NCBI GenBank assembly: GCA_030681555.1
Contig: JAUXRW010000038.1
Span: forward strand, 1 to 63,651
Length of the DNA: 63,651 bases
Origin: Acidimicrobiales bacterium
Lineage (GTDB): Bacteria > Actinomycetota > Acidimicrobiia > Acidimicrobiales > VFJN01
Reading direction: 5' to 3'
Within the stretch, counting starts at the first letter, position 1. Every line of letters starts with the position of its first letter. Shown here piece after piece: positions 38,615 to 47,012 of the stretch. The notes below the pieces were generated by a model. The model was not told the DNA's origin. It saw nothing but the letters and a program-made list of their open reading frames with translations, and ran no database searches. Both the position numbers and the translations under genes were made by a program.

Positions 38615-38651
38615 CTCGCCTCGACAGCGGCGCCCTCGGCCCGTTCTCAGG

Positions 38652-39332
38652 TCACGGTGCCGACGCCGCAGCGGCACGCTGGTCGACCAGCGTGCCGGCG
38701 AAGAGGCGTTCGACCACGAGCACCGCAGCAGTGTGCTCCTCAAGGCCCTCATCGAGGGTGGCGAAGTGGGCCAGCCCCGTCGTGATGGACAGGAGCATGT
38801 TGGCGACGGCCCCTGGCGACACGTCCGGCTGCAGCTCGCCGGCGTCGGCGGCGTCCTGGGCCAGCTGGTGGAAGAAGCCAAGACCGCGGCCCCACAGCTC
38901 GGCAGGGACCCGATCGGCGAGGTCCTTGTGCCTGAGCAGCTCGACCGGGTACACCGTGCTGAACCGAGCCAGGGAGGCGTCTTCTCGATGCAGCTCGATC
39001 GCGATGTCGAGCAGCCCGCGAACCCGGTCGACGAAGCTCGACGATTCCTCGAGCACACGGTCGAACTCGCTGAAGATCCGGGTCACCACCTGCTCGGTGA
39101 CCGCCCCGAACAGCTCGTCCTTGGAGTCGAAGTAGTGGTAGATCGCGCCGGCCGTCAACCCGGCCCGCTCGCCGATGTCGCGGTTGGTGGTGCTGGCGTA
39201 TCCGAGCTCGGCGAAGCAGCTGCGGGCGGCTCCGAGGATGCGCTCCCGGGTCTCGGCGCTCTCGGCGGCGGGCGGCCTCCCGAGAGGTCGGGCGGTCTTC
39301 CGTCGGCTTGGTCGGCTGCTCGTTGGGCCCAT
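38652..39332 (-). CDS. TetR/AcrR-family regulator
   Basis: TRERILGAARSCFAELGY...GLTAGAIYHYFDSK; likely start MGPTSS at 39332. Confidence 0.92.
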   Translation of the reverse strand: MGPTSSRPSRRKTARPLGRPPAAESAETRERILGAARSCFAELGYASTTNRDIGERAGLTAGAIYHYFDSKDELFGAVTEQVVTRIFSEFDRVLEESSSFVDRVRGLLDIAIELHREDASLARFSTVYPVELLRHKDLADRVPAELWGRGLGFFHQLAQDAADAGELQPDVSPGAVANMLLSITTGLAHFATLDEGLEEHTAAVLVVERLFAGTLVDQRAAAASAP

Positions 39333-39361
39333 GGAGACGGCTCCTGTACGTGAATCGCGGG

Positions 39362-39408
39362 TTGACCGGGCGCTCGCTGCAATCCTATGATATCTAATCA
39401 ACAGATTA
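39362..39408 (+). promoter_or_regulatory. Promoter and palindromic operator in the tetR/Rieske divergent region
   Basis: TTGACC-18 nt-TATGAT followed by the perfect palindrome TAATC-AACA-GATTA (39395-39408). Confidence 0.65.
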
Positions 39409-39470
39409 AATAGCCCATTGCCGGGCGCCAGAAACAATAGGCGTGAGCGAAGGTCCCAGGAGGAACGGTA

Positions 39471-40871
39471 GTGGACATGAATTCAGCTGGGCCTGCTGGT
39501 GCGGTGCGATCCCCGGGGGCGACGGTGCAGCAACTCCTCGACCGGGACAGCCATGAGGTCCCGGTGACACTCCGCGTCCACGCAGCAGCGGATCTCGGCG
39601 ATGCCGACCTGTCCGTGGACCGGTATTTGTCCCGGGAGTTCCACGACCTCGAGGTCGAGCGGCTGTGGGGCCGGGCTTGGCAGCTCGCTTGCCGCGAGGA
39701 GGACATCCCGGAGGTCGGCGACACGACGATCTACGACATCGCCGACCGGTCGCTTCTCATCGTGCGAGAGGCCCCGGAGCGCATCCGGGCGTACCACAAC
39801 GCGTGCCTCCACCGTGGCCGCCAACTGCGGTCCGAGCCCGGGTGGAACGCCGAGCTCCGGTGTCCCTTCCACGGTTTCACGTGGCGCCTCGATGGGAGCC
39901 TCAAGGAGATCCCGTGCGACTGGGACTTCCCCCACGTCGACCCGGCAGCGTTCGCGCTCCCGGAGGCGCTGGTGGCGACCTGGGGCGGCTGGGTGTTCAT
40001 CAACATGGACCCCGCCGCCGCCCCGTTCGAGGACTTCATGGGAACCTTCGCCGAGCACTTCCCGTGGCGCCAGGAGGACCTCACCAAGGGGGTTCACGTG
40101 GCCAAGGTGCTCCGCGCCAATTGGAAGGTTGCGCTCGAGGCCTTCATCGAGTCGTACCACGTGATCGCCACGCACCCCCAGCTCCTGGTGAGCCTCGGCG
40201 ACGCCAACACCCAGTACGACGTCTTCGACGAGCAGCCGCGGTGGAACCGGATGATCACCGCGATGGGCACACCGTCGCCTCACCTGCCCTACGAGGTTTC
40301 CGAGCAGGACATCATGGACGACCTCATGGAGCAGTTCATGGGGCCCGGCGTCACGTTTCCACTAGCTGAAGGCAAGACAGCGCGCGAGATGATGGGCGAC
40401 CTGATCCGGGGGCAGGTCGGTGGCGTGACCGGTGAGCCCTGTGAGGTCTCCGACTCGGAGGCCTTCGACGCCATCGAGTACTACCTGTTCCCGAACTTCG
40501 TCCCATGGGGGGGCTACTCGCGGATCAACTACCGGTTCCGGCCCTATGGCAACGATCCCGACATGTGCATCATGGACGTGATGCTGCTCGCCCCCTTCAA
40601 CAAGGCGGAAGGCCGGCCACCGGCGCCGCCCGTGCACTGGCTCGGACCCGACGACGAGTGGACCGACGCGCCGGAGCTGGGCCTCCTGGCCAAAGTGTTC
40701 GTGCAGGACACCTTCAACATCCCTCGCGTCCAGCGGGGCCTGAAGGCGACCGTGAAGCCCGGTGTCACGCTGGCGCACTACCAGGAGAGCCGGATCCGCC
40801 ACTATCACCAGGAGCTGGATCGCTGGCTCCAGGTGGAACTCGCCCCGAGCACGAACGGCCACTCAGGGTGA
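39471..40871 (+). CDS. Rieske non-heme iron oxygenase alpha subunit
   Basis: CLHRG...CPFHG Rieske cluster, NWK..EAFIESYH...H, distal Asp in VQD. Confidence 0.94.
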   Translation: MDMNSAGPAGAVRSPGATVQQLLDRDSHEVPVTLRVHAAADLGDADLSVDRYLSREFHDLEVERLWGRAWQLACREEDIPEVGDTTIYDIADRSLLIVREAPERIRAYHNACLHRGRQLRSEPGWNAELRCPFHGFTWRLDGSLKEIPCDWDFPHVDPAAFALPEALVATWGGWVFINMDPAAAPFEDFMGTFAEHFPWRQEDLTKGVHVAKVLRANWKVALEAFIESYHVIATHPQLLVSLGDANTQYDVFDEQPRWNRMITAMGTPSPHLPYEVSEQDIMDDLMEQFMGPGVTFPLAEGKTAREMMGDLIRGQVGGVTGEPCEVSDSEAFDAIEYYLFPNFVPWGGYSRINYRFRPYGNDPDMCIMDVMLLAPFNKAEGRPPAPPVHWLGPDDEWTDAPELGLLAKVFVQDTFNIPRVQRGLKATVKPGVTLAHYQESRIRHYHQELDRWLQVELAPSTNGHSG

Positions 40872-40879
40872 AGCACGCC

Positions 40880-41053
40880 ATGAGCGGGGCGGAGTACGAT
40901 TTCGACCCGGAACAGGGATTGGTTCGCGTGGTCGACCGTGATGGTCGGGAAGGCTTCTTTCATCCCGACGGTCGGTGGCACTCGGGCGAGCTGCGCTTCG
41001 CCGATCCGCAAGCGTGCTCGTGGGTCGCCGGCCCCGCCCTGCCGGCCTTTTGA
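40880..41053 (+). CDS. Small hypothetical protein coupled to the Rieske gene (57 aa)
   Basis: MSGAEYDFDPEQGLVRV...GRWHSGELRFADPQACSWVAGP; upstream in-frame GTG overlaps the Rieske stop. Confidence 0.65.
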   Translation: MSGAEYDFDPEQGLVRVVDRDGREGFFHPDGRWHSGELRFADPQACSWVAGPALPAF

Positions 41054-41116
41054 TTACGGTCCGGACATCGCCCAAACTGTCATATCGCTAGGCCACCCAA
41101 GGAGGACATCGTTCCA

Positions 41117-41503
41117 ATGAGTCACGAGTTCATGTCAGACGACTGGTTCAACGCCGTCGAGGCGCTCGCCGCAGAGGCACCCGAACCGCCCGCCGCCCTC
41201 AAGGACCTCACCGTCAACGTCGTCGTCAGCGGGGGGCCCGAGGGGGAGAAGGAGGCGCATCTGGCTGCAGGCCTCTTCAACCGTGGGCTCTCCGATGCCG
41301 CGTCCACGAAGCTGACAGTTCCCTTCGACACCGCGAAGGCCATGTTGATCGAGGGCAACCCCCAGGCCGCCATGCAGGCGTTCATGTCCGGACAGATCAA
41401 GGTGGAGGGAGACATGACCAAGCTCATGGCCATGCAGACCGCCGGTGCGCCGACGCCGGAGCAGGCCGCCTTCCAGGAAAAGCTCAAGGCGCTCACGGCG
41501 TAA
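41117..41503 (+). CDS. SCP2 sterol/lipid-binding domain protein
   Basis: 128 aa; FMSDDW start and AFMSGQIKVEGDM C-terminal SCP2 motif; AAGGAGG RBS. Confidence 0.85.
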   Translation: MSHEFMSDDWFNAVEALAAEAPEPPAALKDLTVNVVVSGGPEGEKEAHLAAGLFNRGLSDAASTKLTVPFDTAKAMLIEGNPQAAMQAFMSGQIKVEGDMTKLMAMQTAGAPTPEQAAFQEKLKALTA

Positions 41504-41560
41504 GAAGCGCGGAGGCTTCGCCGGAAGGTGCCGGTGTGGTTCCCGTAAACGGCATCTGAC

Positions 41561-41596
41561 GCCCCGGTCGGGCCGAGTTTAGGGCCCGACCGGGGC
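41561..41596 (+). terminator. GC-rich hairpin, probable terminator
   Basis: 14-bp perfect stem GCCCCGGTCGGGCC / GGCCCGACCGGGGC with an 8-nt loop after the SCP2 gene. Confidence 0.7.
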
Positions 41597-41627
41597 GGCA
41601 GTCACTGCGCCCCCAAGCAGGCAGGAG

Positions 41628-42407
41628 TTGGCAACGTTGACCCGTGTGAGCGAACCCGCCTCAAGCGAGGGCCCGCCGGCGGCATCAGGATCCTCCCGCA
41701 CCAGGGCGATCCGTCATAGCCTCATTCGGCGCCGAACGGCCGAGCACTTGCGGCGTTCGGTCGACACGTCCGCACACGTCTACTCGTCGATCGAGGTCGA
41801 CTTCGAGGCGGTCGACGCGGTGCGTCGGGTGCGGGCAGCGGACTGGAAGCAGCGGGAGGGCTTCGGGCTGTCGTACCTTCCCTTCACCGCGCGGGCGGCC
41901 GCACAAGCTATCGCGACCTTTCCGGAGGTGAACGGTACGTTCACCGCCGATGCCTTGCTGGTTCACGCCGACGTGCACCTGGGCATTGCGGTCGACCTCG
42001 ACTTCAAGGGCCTCATGGTCCCAGTGGTGCGGGATGTCACGTCCAAGAAGGTGCCCGCGATCGCACGCGAGGTGCACGAGCTCGCGAGGCGTGCTCGAGC
42101 CAAGGAGCTGGCGCGCGAGGACGTCGTCGATGGCACGTTCACCATCACGAACCCGGGGCCCTACGGCACTCTGCTCACGATGCCGATCATCAACCAGCCA
42201 CAGGTGGCCATCCTCGCCACCGACGGGGTGCGACGCCGACCCGTCGCCGTGACGGGCGCCGACGGGTCCGAGGACATCGTCGTACACCCCGTGGGAAACA
42301 TCGTGCTCACCTGGGACCATCGCGCCTTCGACGGGGCCTACGCGGCCGCGTTCCTCAACGAGATCAAAGAACGCCTCGAGACCTCTGACTGGGACTCGGA
42401 GTTCTGA
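41628..42407 (+). CDS. Stand-alone 2-oxoacid dehydrogenase E2 acyltransferase catalytic domain
   Basis: 259 aa; IRRRTAEHL, GTFTITNPG, MPIINQPQ, DHRAFDG; no lipoyl or E3-binding domain. Confidence 0.9.
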   Translation: MATLTRVSEPASSEGPPAASGSSRTRAIRHSLIRRRTAEHLRRSVDTSAHVYSSIEVDFEAVDAVRRVRAADWKQREGFGLSYLPFTARAAAQAIATFPEVNGTFTADALLVHADVHLGIAVDLDFKGLMVPVVRDVTSKKVPAIAREVHELARRARAKELAREDVVDGTFTITNPGPYGTLLTMPIINQPQVAILATDGVRRRPVAVTGADGSEDIVVHPVGNIVLTWDHRAFDGAYAAAFLNEIKERLETSDWDSEF

Positions 42408-42510
42408 GCGCCCTCAGCGAGCGCAAAGTCGCTCTGCGCGATGGACCGTGGTGAGGGCCTCGCTGGGTAACTGTGAGGGGCCACCGTTGAGGCCAACCGT
42501 GGCCTCATAA

Positions 42511-43484
42511 GAGGCCGCGCGGATAGGCGCTGAGGAAGACCATCCACCGGTCGTGGTGATGGCCCGGTTTTGATGCCGGGCGCATCCCAAGACCACGACC
42601 AGGTGGAGGTCCCCCTCATCATGCGCGCGTTCGACCCCGAAGTGGGAGATGCCGTCTGGCACGCCCTTGAGCCGCTGGTGCCTGTGCCTGTCGATGATCA
42701 TCCGTTGGGCTGCCATCGGCCCCGTATCCCTGACCGGGTCTGCTTCCAAGGGATCCTCATCCGCCTCGTCACCGGCTGCGCCTGGGTCGACGTCGAGACG
42801 CTCCTTGGCGGGCAGGTCTCCGACACCACCCTTCGGGCCCGGCGCGACGGGTGGATCGCCGCCGGGGTGTTCGACGCGCTCATCGCAGAGGCCCTGGCTG
42901 CCTATGACCGCATCATCGAGCTCGACCTCACCGAGGTGAGCCTGGACGGCTCTCAACACACGGCACCCTGCGGGGGCGAAGGGACCGGCCCGAACCCCAC
43001 CGATCGGGGCCGTTCGGGCTGGAAGTGGTCGATCGTCGCCGGCGCCGATGGGATCCCGTTCGGGTGGGCGCTCGACGGCGCCAACCGCCACGACATGCGA
43101 CTGCTCGAACCCACCCTGGCAGCGGCCGCCCAGCGCGGGCTGCTCACGGACATCGAAACCCTGCATCTCGATCGGGGCTACGACAACGGCGTCACCCGGA
43201 CGCTGTGCGACAGGCTCGGCCTCGACGACTTGGTCTGTGCTCGCAAACGGTCCCGCGGCGTCACGAAGCTCAAGAAGAAGCTCGTGCCGCTCGGGATGCG
43301 CTGGCCCATCGAACGCACCAACTCCTGGCTGTCGAACTTCGGGCAGCTCCGCCGCAACACCGACCGCCGAACCCAGCACCGCCACGCCCAACTCTCCCTC
43401 GCCGTAACCCTGCTCATCACCGCCAAACTCATCGACTGGCGCGACCGCTGGAGCCCGGAGTGAAGCACCTATCCGCGCACGCTC
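42511..43484 (+). mobile_element. IS5-family insertion sequence (974 bp)
   Basis: Terminal IRs GAGgccGCGCGGATAGGcGCT and (rc) GAGcgtGCGCGGATAGGtGCT enclose a transposase; flanks are TAA and TGA. Confidence 0.88.
42570..43463 (+). CDS. IS5-family transposase
   Basis: RPRIPDRVCF..ILIRLVTGC.W, SLDGS, LDRGYD, RWPIERTNSWL. Confidence 0.92.
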   Translation: MMPGASQDHDQVEVPLIMRAFDPEVGDAVWHALEPLVPVPVDDHPLGCHRPRIPDRVCFQGILIRLVTGCAWVDVETLLGGQVSDTTLRARRDGWIAAGVFDALIAEALAAYDRIIELDLTEVSLDGSQHTAPCGGEGTGPNPTDRGRSGWKWSIVAGADGIPFGWALDGANRHDMRLLEPTLAAAAQRGLLTDIETLHLDRGYDNGVTRTLCDRLGLDDLVCARKRSRGVTKLKKKLVPLGMRWPIERTNSWLSNFGQLRRNTDRRTQHRHAQLSLAVTLLITAKLIDWRDRWSPE

Positions 43485-44071
43485 TGAGTCGGCCCGCAGC
43501 TCCCGGCCGTCGTCGAGCTCGACGCGGTCGGGTCCCACAGCGACGGCCCCGGCCGGGAACTCCTCGACGCCGAGCTTCTCGCCAGCGAGGGCCAGGGCGG
43601 CGAGCGCCTTGCGCGGGTTGACCTGGTGATCGCCGGGGACCCACAGGCCCCCTCGTGTGCCGGGCCCCAGGGCCGGTTCATGCCGGCGGACCGCCCGGCC
43701 CGACAGTCGCTCGACGTGAAGTCCGAGTTCGTCGAGGTAGCCGGCGAGGTAGTGGAGTGGAGCTCGGTCATGTCGTCGCCGTCGCGGGCGACTGCGAGGG
43801 TGCCGCACTCGACGAACCCGGGATCCGCCCCGACCTCCCGCCCCAGCTCGGCGGCGAAGCTCGGCCACCGTCGGGCCGATGCGAGGTTCAGGCCGAGCAG
43901 GGCCTCCTCCCCGTAGTGGATCTCGGTAACCGGCGCCAGCATCCCCGCGGCCACCTGCGCCGCCGCCCGCGACGGGTCGGGATCGACGAGGACGACCCGC
44001 ACTCGACGCTGTGCGAGCCGCCACGCCACGGCCCGCCCGATGATCCCGGCGCCGACGACGACGGCCCTCAC
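43485..44071 (-). pseudogene. thiO: Glycine oxidase, 5' part; frameshift near 43760 and truncated by IS5
   Basis: VVVGAGIIG, AAGMLAP; second frame LERLSGRAVRRHEPAL..GGLWVPGDHQVNPR; ends at RELRADS/IS. Confidence 0.85.
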
Positions 44072-44680
44072 GACAGCAGATCCAGGAGCTCGGCCACCGC
44101 GCCGACAGGATCGGGGGCCCCGTAGACCCCCCCCACCACCGCCACGCCCCAGGCGCCGGCGTCGAGCAGCTCAGGCACATGCTTGGCGGTCACACCGGCG
44201 ATGGCGATGACCGGCACCCCGACCGCCCGGGCGATCGTCTCCACGCCGGCCGGTCCGATCGCATCGGGAAGCCCTGTCTTGGTCGAGGTCACATACGTGG
44301 GACCCACACCCTGACGCCGGCGGCGACGGCCCGGCGGGCCGCCTGTGGGTTCCGGCAGGTGGCGCCGACTACGGCGTGGTCGCCGAGCAGGCGCCGCACC
44401 ACCGCGACCGGGAGGTCGTCGTCTCCGACGTGCACCCCGTCGGCGCCGAGGGCGAGGGCCACATCGGCACGGTCGTTGACCAGGCATGTAGCCCGGGCAT
44501 CCCGCGCTGCAGCGAGGATCTCAGCGGTGTGGGCGAGGCGGACCCGGTCGATCACGTCCTTGGTCCGGACCTGCACCAGCGGCGCACCCGCTGCGAGTAC
44601 GGCCCGGGTGGTGTCGACGACGCTCGACTCCGCCACCGGTGGGGTGACCACGTGCAATCGGGGGATGTCGGGTATCTCGG
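44068..44680 (-). pseudogene. thiE: Thiamine-phosphate synthase, frameshifted near 44315
   Basis: VQVRTK, LVNDRADVAL..GADGVHVG; other frame GVGPTYVTSTK, PVIAIAGV; no clear start codon. Confidence 0.85.
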
Positions 44681-44772
44681 GCTCCCTGCGTCGGCATGAT
44701 CCGCATCAGGTTCATACGGTCGAGGGCGGTGTCAGCCCTCCTCTCAGCCCGCTGCCGCGGACTCCCGTGTCG
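44681..44772 (-). ncRNA. TPP riboswitch (THI element)
   Basis: Minus strand GGGAG...CTGAGA...GACCGTATGAACCTGATGCGGATCATGCCGACGCAGGGAG directly upstream of thiE. Confidence 0.93.
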
Positions 44773-44974
44773 GCGCCCACCATAGCGGCACACCGCTGCC
44801 GCCGTGCCCGAAGTCCCCCACACAATCTTCGCCGTACGCGGAGGACCTCGGTGTCGTTCCAGAGGTCGTGCTCAATCCGCGCGCGAGACCCCAGACGGGC
44901 CCCCGGATCGGATGACACACCTTGATCCCAGAGGCGGACGTCCCCTTCCCGTGAACCGGAGTGAATGCCGGCGG

Positions 44975-45018
44975 TTGACACCCTATCGATGATAGGTGAT
45001 ACTCCGATCACCGATAGG
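44975..45018 (+). promoter_or_regulatory. Promoter with two tetO-like operators
   Basis: TTGACA-CCCTATCGATGATAGGT-GATACT, then CCGATC-ACC-GATAGG. Confidence 0.75.
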
Positions 45019-45034
45019 AGAAACGGAGCGACTG

Positions 45035-45517
45035 ATGGCCTTCCTGCAACAGACCCTCGACCACGACGAAGTGAGCCTGGTGATGGCGAGCACACCAGAG
45101 GTGCTCTACGACCTTCTCTCGGACGTCACCCGCATGCGCGAGTTCAGCCCCGAGGTCGTCGAGAGCCGGTGGATCGACGGGGCGACGGGCCCGGCCGTCG
45201 GCGCCCGGTTTGCGAACAAGAGCAGGTTCAGCCGGGGCCCGGCGATCGGCAACAAGGCGACGATGACCGTCCTTGAGCCCGGCAAGAAGGTGGCGTGGAG
45301 CCGGACCGAGCCGTTCGGCGGCACGGTCGAATGGGCCTACGAGCTCCTTCCGCACGCGGAGGGCGTCGAGGTCGTCGAGTCGTACTCCTTCAGCCGGCCG
45401 GTCAGCCGGATCGGCTGGCTGATCATCACCCCGTTCACCAGCCGCGACCGAGGGGCGCAGATGCACGCCGGCATGGAAGAGACCCTGCAACGGCTCCGTA
45501 GGTACGTCGAGTCCTAG
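45035..45517 (+). CDS. SRPBCC/START-like (polyketide cyclase) ligand-binding protein
   Basis: LYDLLSDVTRMREFSPE...GPAVGARF...W.Y..; 160 aa. Confidence 0.88.
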   Translation: MAFLQQTLDHDEVSLVMASTPEVLYDLLSDVTRMREFSPEVVESRWIDGATGPAVGARFANKSRFSRGPAIGNKATMTVLEPGKKVAWSRTEPFGGTVEWAYELLPHAEGVEVVESYSFSRPVSRIGWLIITPFTSRDRGAQMHAGMEETLQRLRRYVES

Positions 45518-45521
45518 TCAG

Positions 45522-46106
45522 GTGAGCACCAGCAAGGTCACGGTCCGACGAGAGGCAAAGATCGCCTCGATCGTCGCAACGGCGTGGGAGCTCGCGGAGG
45601 CGGACGGTGTCGCGGGCCTCTCCCTGCACGCGCTGGCGCGGGCGGTGGGACTGCGCCAGCCGTCTCTCTATGAGTACTTCGACTCGAAGCATGCGCTGTA
45701 CGACGAGATGTTCGCCGATGGCAACCGCCAGCTCCAGGCCCACCTTGCCGCGTTGACGTTGCCGCGGGAACCGCGGCGTGCGCTGAAGAGGTATCTGGGC
45801 GCGCTCGCTTCGTTCGCACTCGAGCGCCCGGCTCGCTACGAGCTCATGTTCCTGCGTCACCTGCCGAACTTCACGCCGTCGGACGCGTCCTACGCGATCG
45901 CTGGCGAGGTGCTCGGCACCTTCGTGGAGCGGATGACGGCCGCTGGAGTGACGAAGCCCGACGATGTCGACTGCCTGGTGGCGATGACCGCCGGGCTCAT
46001 CGATGCGCAGCTGGCAAACGAACCGAACACGGACCGGTGGATCCGCCACCTCGATCGTCTCATCGACCTCCTGGTCGACGACGCGATCCGGAGGAGTGCC
46101 CAGTGA
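45522..46106 (+). CDS. TetR/AcrR-family regulator
   Basis: LSLHALARAVGLRQPSLYEYFDSK HTH; ARYELMF. Confidence 0.92.
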   Translation: MSTSKVTVRREAKIASIVATAWELAEADGVAGLSLHALARAVGLRQPSLYEYFDSKHALYDEMFADGNRQLQAHLAALTLPREPRRALKRYLGALASFALERPARYELMFLRHLPNFTPSDASYAIAGEVLGTFVERMTAAGVTKPDDVDCLVAMTAGLIDAQLANEPNTDRWIRHLDRLIDLLVDDAIRRSAQ

Positions 46107-46249
46107 TCAACGAACCAGCGAACCCGGCGACATCCAGCGCACCGTGGCTCCTCATCGCCGGGCGGGGAGCGTCGACCATCGGTGACGGCTGTTACGCGGT
46201 GGCCTTGCCCTTGTTCGTCCTCGGTGATCACGGCAGTGCTGCGACGCTC
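46103..46249 (+). pseudogene. 5' fragment of an MFS transporter, truncated by IS debris
   Basis: GTG overlaps the tetR stop; WLLIAGRGASTIGDGCYAVALPLFVL resembles MFS TM1. Confidence 0.6.
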
Positions 46250-46254
46250 AAAAA

Positions 46255-46368
46255 AGCGCGACGATCGAGATGGTCACCGAGTTCCGCAACCGACCCCTCG
46301 ATCAAGGCCCCTACACGTATGTGTGGATAGACGCGCTCACGCAGAAGGTCCGCAAGGGCGGGAGGTAT
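46255..46368 (+). mobile_element. IS256-family transposase internal fragment
   Basis: EMVTEFRNRPLDQGPYTYVWIDALTQKVRKGGR. Confidence 0.82.
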
Positions 46369-47012
46369 GGCGGGTTCAGGCGGTGGCCGCAACGACCTGC
46401 GCGTAAGCCTCTGATGGTGTCATGTACCGAGGGTCTTGCGGGGACGGCCGTTGAGGCCGCGCTGGATGCGCTTCAGATCGGCAGCCGTCTGCTTGGAAAG
46501 GTCGGTGCCCTTGGGCAGGTATTGGCGCAGGAGCCCGTTGGTGTTCTCGTTCGAGCCGCGCTGCCAAGGCGAGTGCGGGTCGCAGAAGTAGACCGGGATC
46601 CCCGTCGCTGTCGTGAAGGTCGCGTGGGTCGACATCTCCGCTCCTTGGTCCCACGTGATCGACCGTCGCAGCTCGCCAGGCAGCGTGGCGACGGCCCGAC
46701 GCATCGCGGCCTCGACGCTCACCGCGGAGCGGCCGTCGGGGAGGTGCAGGAGCAGCACGAGCCGAGTGGTCCGCTCGACCAGGGTGCCCACAGCGCTGCG
46801 GCCACCCTCGCCCAAGATGAGGTCGCCTTCCCAGTGGCCAGGCACAGCGCGATCGGCGACCTCGGCGGGCCGTTCGGAGATGTTGACCATGTTCGGGATC
46901 CGGCCCCGGCGTTCGACGATGCCCTCCGATCCGAGTATCCGGCCCCGTCACCAGCAGCGGGTGGACCCTCCCGACTCCACGCGGAAACGACCCGTCTCCA
47001 GGAGGCGGGGTA
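46369..47012 (-). mobile_element. IS30-family remnant (3' half and right end)
   Basis: [52 protein letters not shown]; end GTTGCGGCCACCGCCTGAACCCGCC. Confidence 0.9.

Noticed and set aside
42450-42507. Three TGAGG(G)CC copies and a small hairpin (TGAGGCC-N6-GGCCTCA) left of IS5
   Set aside because: Too short and GC-rich to separate from chance; no function can be supported
42414-44180. 588-aa minus-strand ORF
   Set aside because: Chimera of a thiO frame and the antisense of the IS5 transposase
44975-45003. Vector contamination by PLtetO-1
   Set aside because: Six of 19 operator positions differ, and the site sits in native high-GC context before an SRPBCC-tetR pair
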